Shown one piece after another: positions 63,103 through 64,000 of a stretch of DNA of 64,000 nt; position 1 is the stretch's first letter; each line of letters begins with the position of its first letter. Source of the stretch: Lama guanicoe (Eukaryota); NCBI GenBank assembly GCA_013239625.1, contig MU053758.1, forward strand, positions 1,550,001 through 1,614,000. Direction: 5' to 3'. Under the pieces are notes generated by a model. The model was not told the origin of the DNA, searched no databases, and saw nothing but the letters and a program-made list of their open reading frames with translations. A program made the translations under genes and the position numbers.

Positions 63103-63246
63103 TCCTTGGATAGCTGGGGCACTTCTGAAGATGCTGACGCTCCTTCCAAGCGACATTCAACCTCCGACCTCTCGGACGCGACCTTCAGCGATATCAGGAG
63201 AGAAGGCTGGTTGTATTATAAGCAGGTCCTCACCAAGAAGGGGAAG
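63103..63246 (+). CDS. ARHGAP23: ARHGAP23 coding exon 11 (start of PH domain); gene continues beyond the window
   Basis: Acceptor gtctctctgcAG. Encodes [48 protein letters not shown]. Donor AAG|GTAAGA. Confidence 0.96.
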
Positions 63247-63630
63247 GTAAGATGGCTGGAGGAATGAGGTGGAGGTGGATGGAAGCTGGCTCCAGCAGAA
63301 TTCTCCAGTTTTCCTACACCCACCCCACAGCCTCTGGAGCTAAGGAGAACCAGCTGAGGCTGCAGCCTGTTGGGCAGAGATTAGATGCTAGGAAGAAATT
63401 CCTGGGGGACCTAAAGAATTCGTGAAAAGGAGGTTAACCAGAGAGACGGCCTTTGCTGTGGGATGGATCTGATCAAGTTGTGCTTCGAATTCTGACAAAA
63501 CCATCCCACAGTGATCCTTGGTTGGCAGATCACCCTCAAAAAGGCCACTGGGGCTCCTGGAAAATGAGAGAGCAAGGCTGGTGTGATTCTCTTAGGGGAG
63601 CTGAGGCCCCAGAGGAAAGCAGAAGTCAGC

Positions 63631-63718
63631 TTTTCTTTTTTCCTTTTTTTCTTATTGAAGTATAGTTGATTTACAATGCTGTGTCAGTTTCTGGTGTACA
63701 GCATAGTGATTCAGTTAT
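63631..63718 (-). mobile_element. Very short L1 3' end
   Basis: T-rich run plus ttattgaagtatagttgatttacaatg...ctggtgtacagcatagtgattc, the same family as 35041-35564. Flanked by gtcagc(c)tttt direct repeats. Confidence 0.75.
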
Positions 63719-64000
63719 AAGGTCAGCCTTTTTAAGGCCAGCAAAGGTTTTAGGCATTATCCTAAGGGCAACTAAAAGCCCCTGGGGCCTTTTCCAGTTG
63801 GCTTCCTGGGGAGTGAATCAGAGAGGGCCAAAATGAGGTAGAAAGACAAGTTAAGGGCCGCCACAGAGCTCCAGGTGAGAGATGAAGGGGGCTGGGCCTG
63901 GGGCAGGGAGGCAAGCAGGATCCCAGGGGGAGAAGGCAGGGCCCCTGTGTCCATGGAGTATGAATCCCTGGTACCAGGCAGCACCATGGGCCGAGGAAGA

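Overview
Mammalian genomic DNA, probably camelid, inferred from four copies of a tRNA-derived SINE resembling vic-1. There are two + strand genes. SOCS7 is represented by its last two coding exons (SOCS box; stop at 1256-1258), a 3'UTR intron (1289-4646) and a ~5.7 kb non-coding terminal exon ending near 10340. ARHGAP23 is represented by 11 coding exons (26381-63246) that splice GT-AG in frame to 706 codons, covering the PDZ domain, a long linker and the start of the PH domain; the gene continues past the window. Four CpG-rich zones (~18.1, 26.2, 46.4 and 57.0 kb) suggest alternative ARHGAP23 promoters, and one is interrupted by a 538-N assembly gap. The rest is intron or intergenic sequence with SINEs, L1/L2/MIR remnants, a Tigger1 derivative and microsatellites. 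I found no convincing new protein-coding gene or novel multi-gene system. The best leads are regulatory or isoform-level. Gene and repeat names come from recalled sequence similarity, not database searches, and old-repeat boundaries are approximate.
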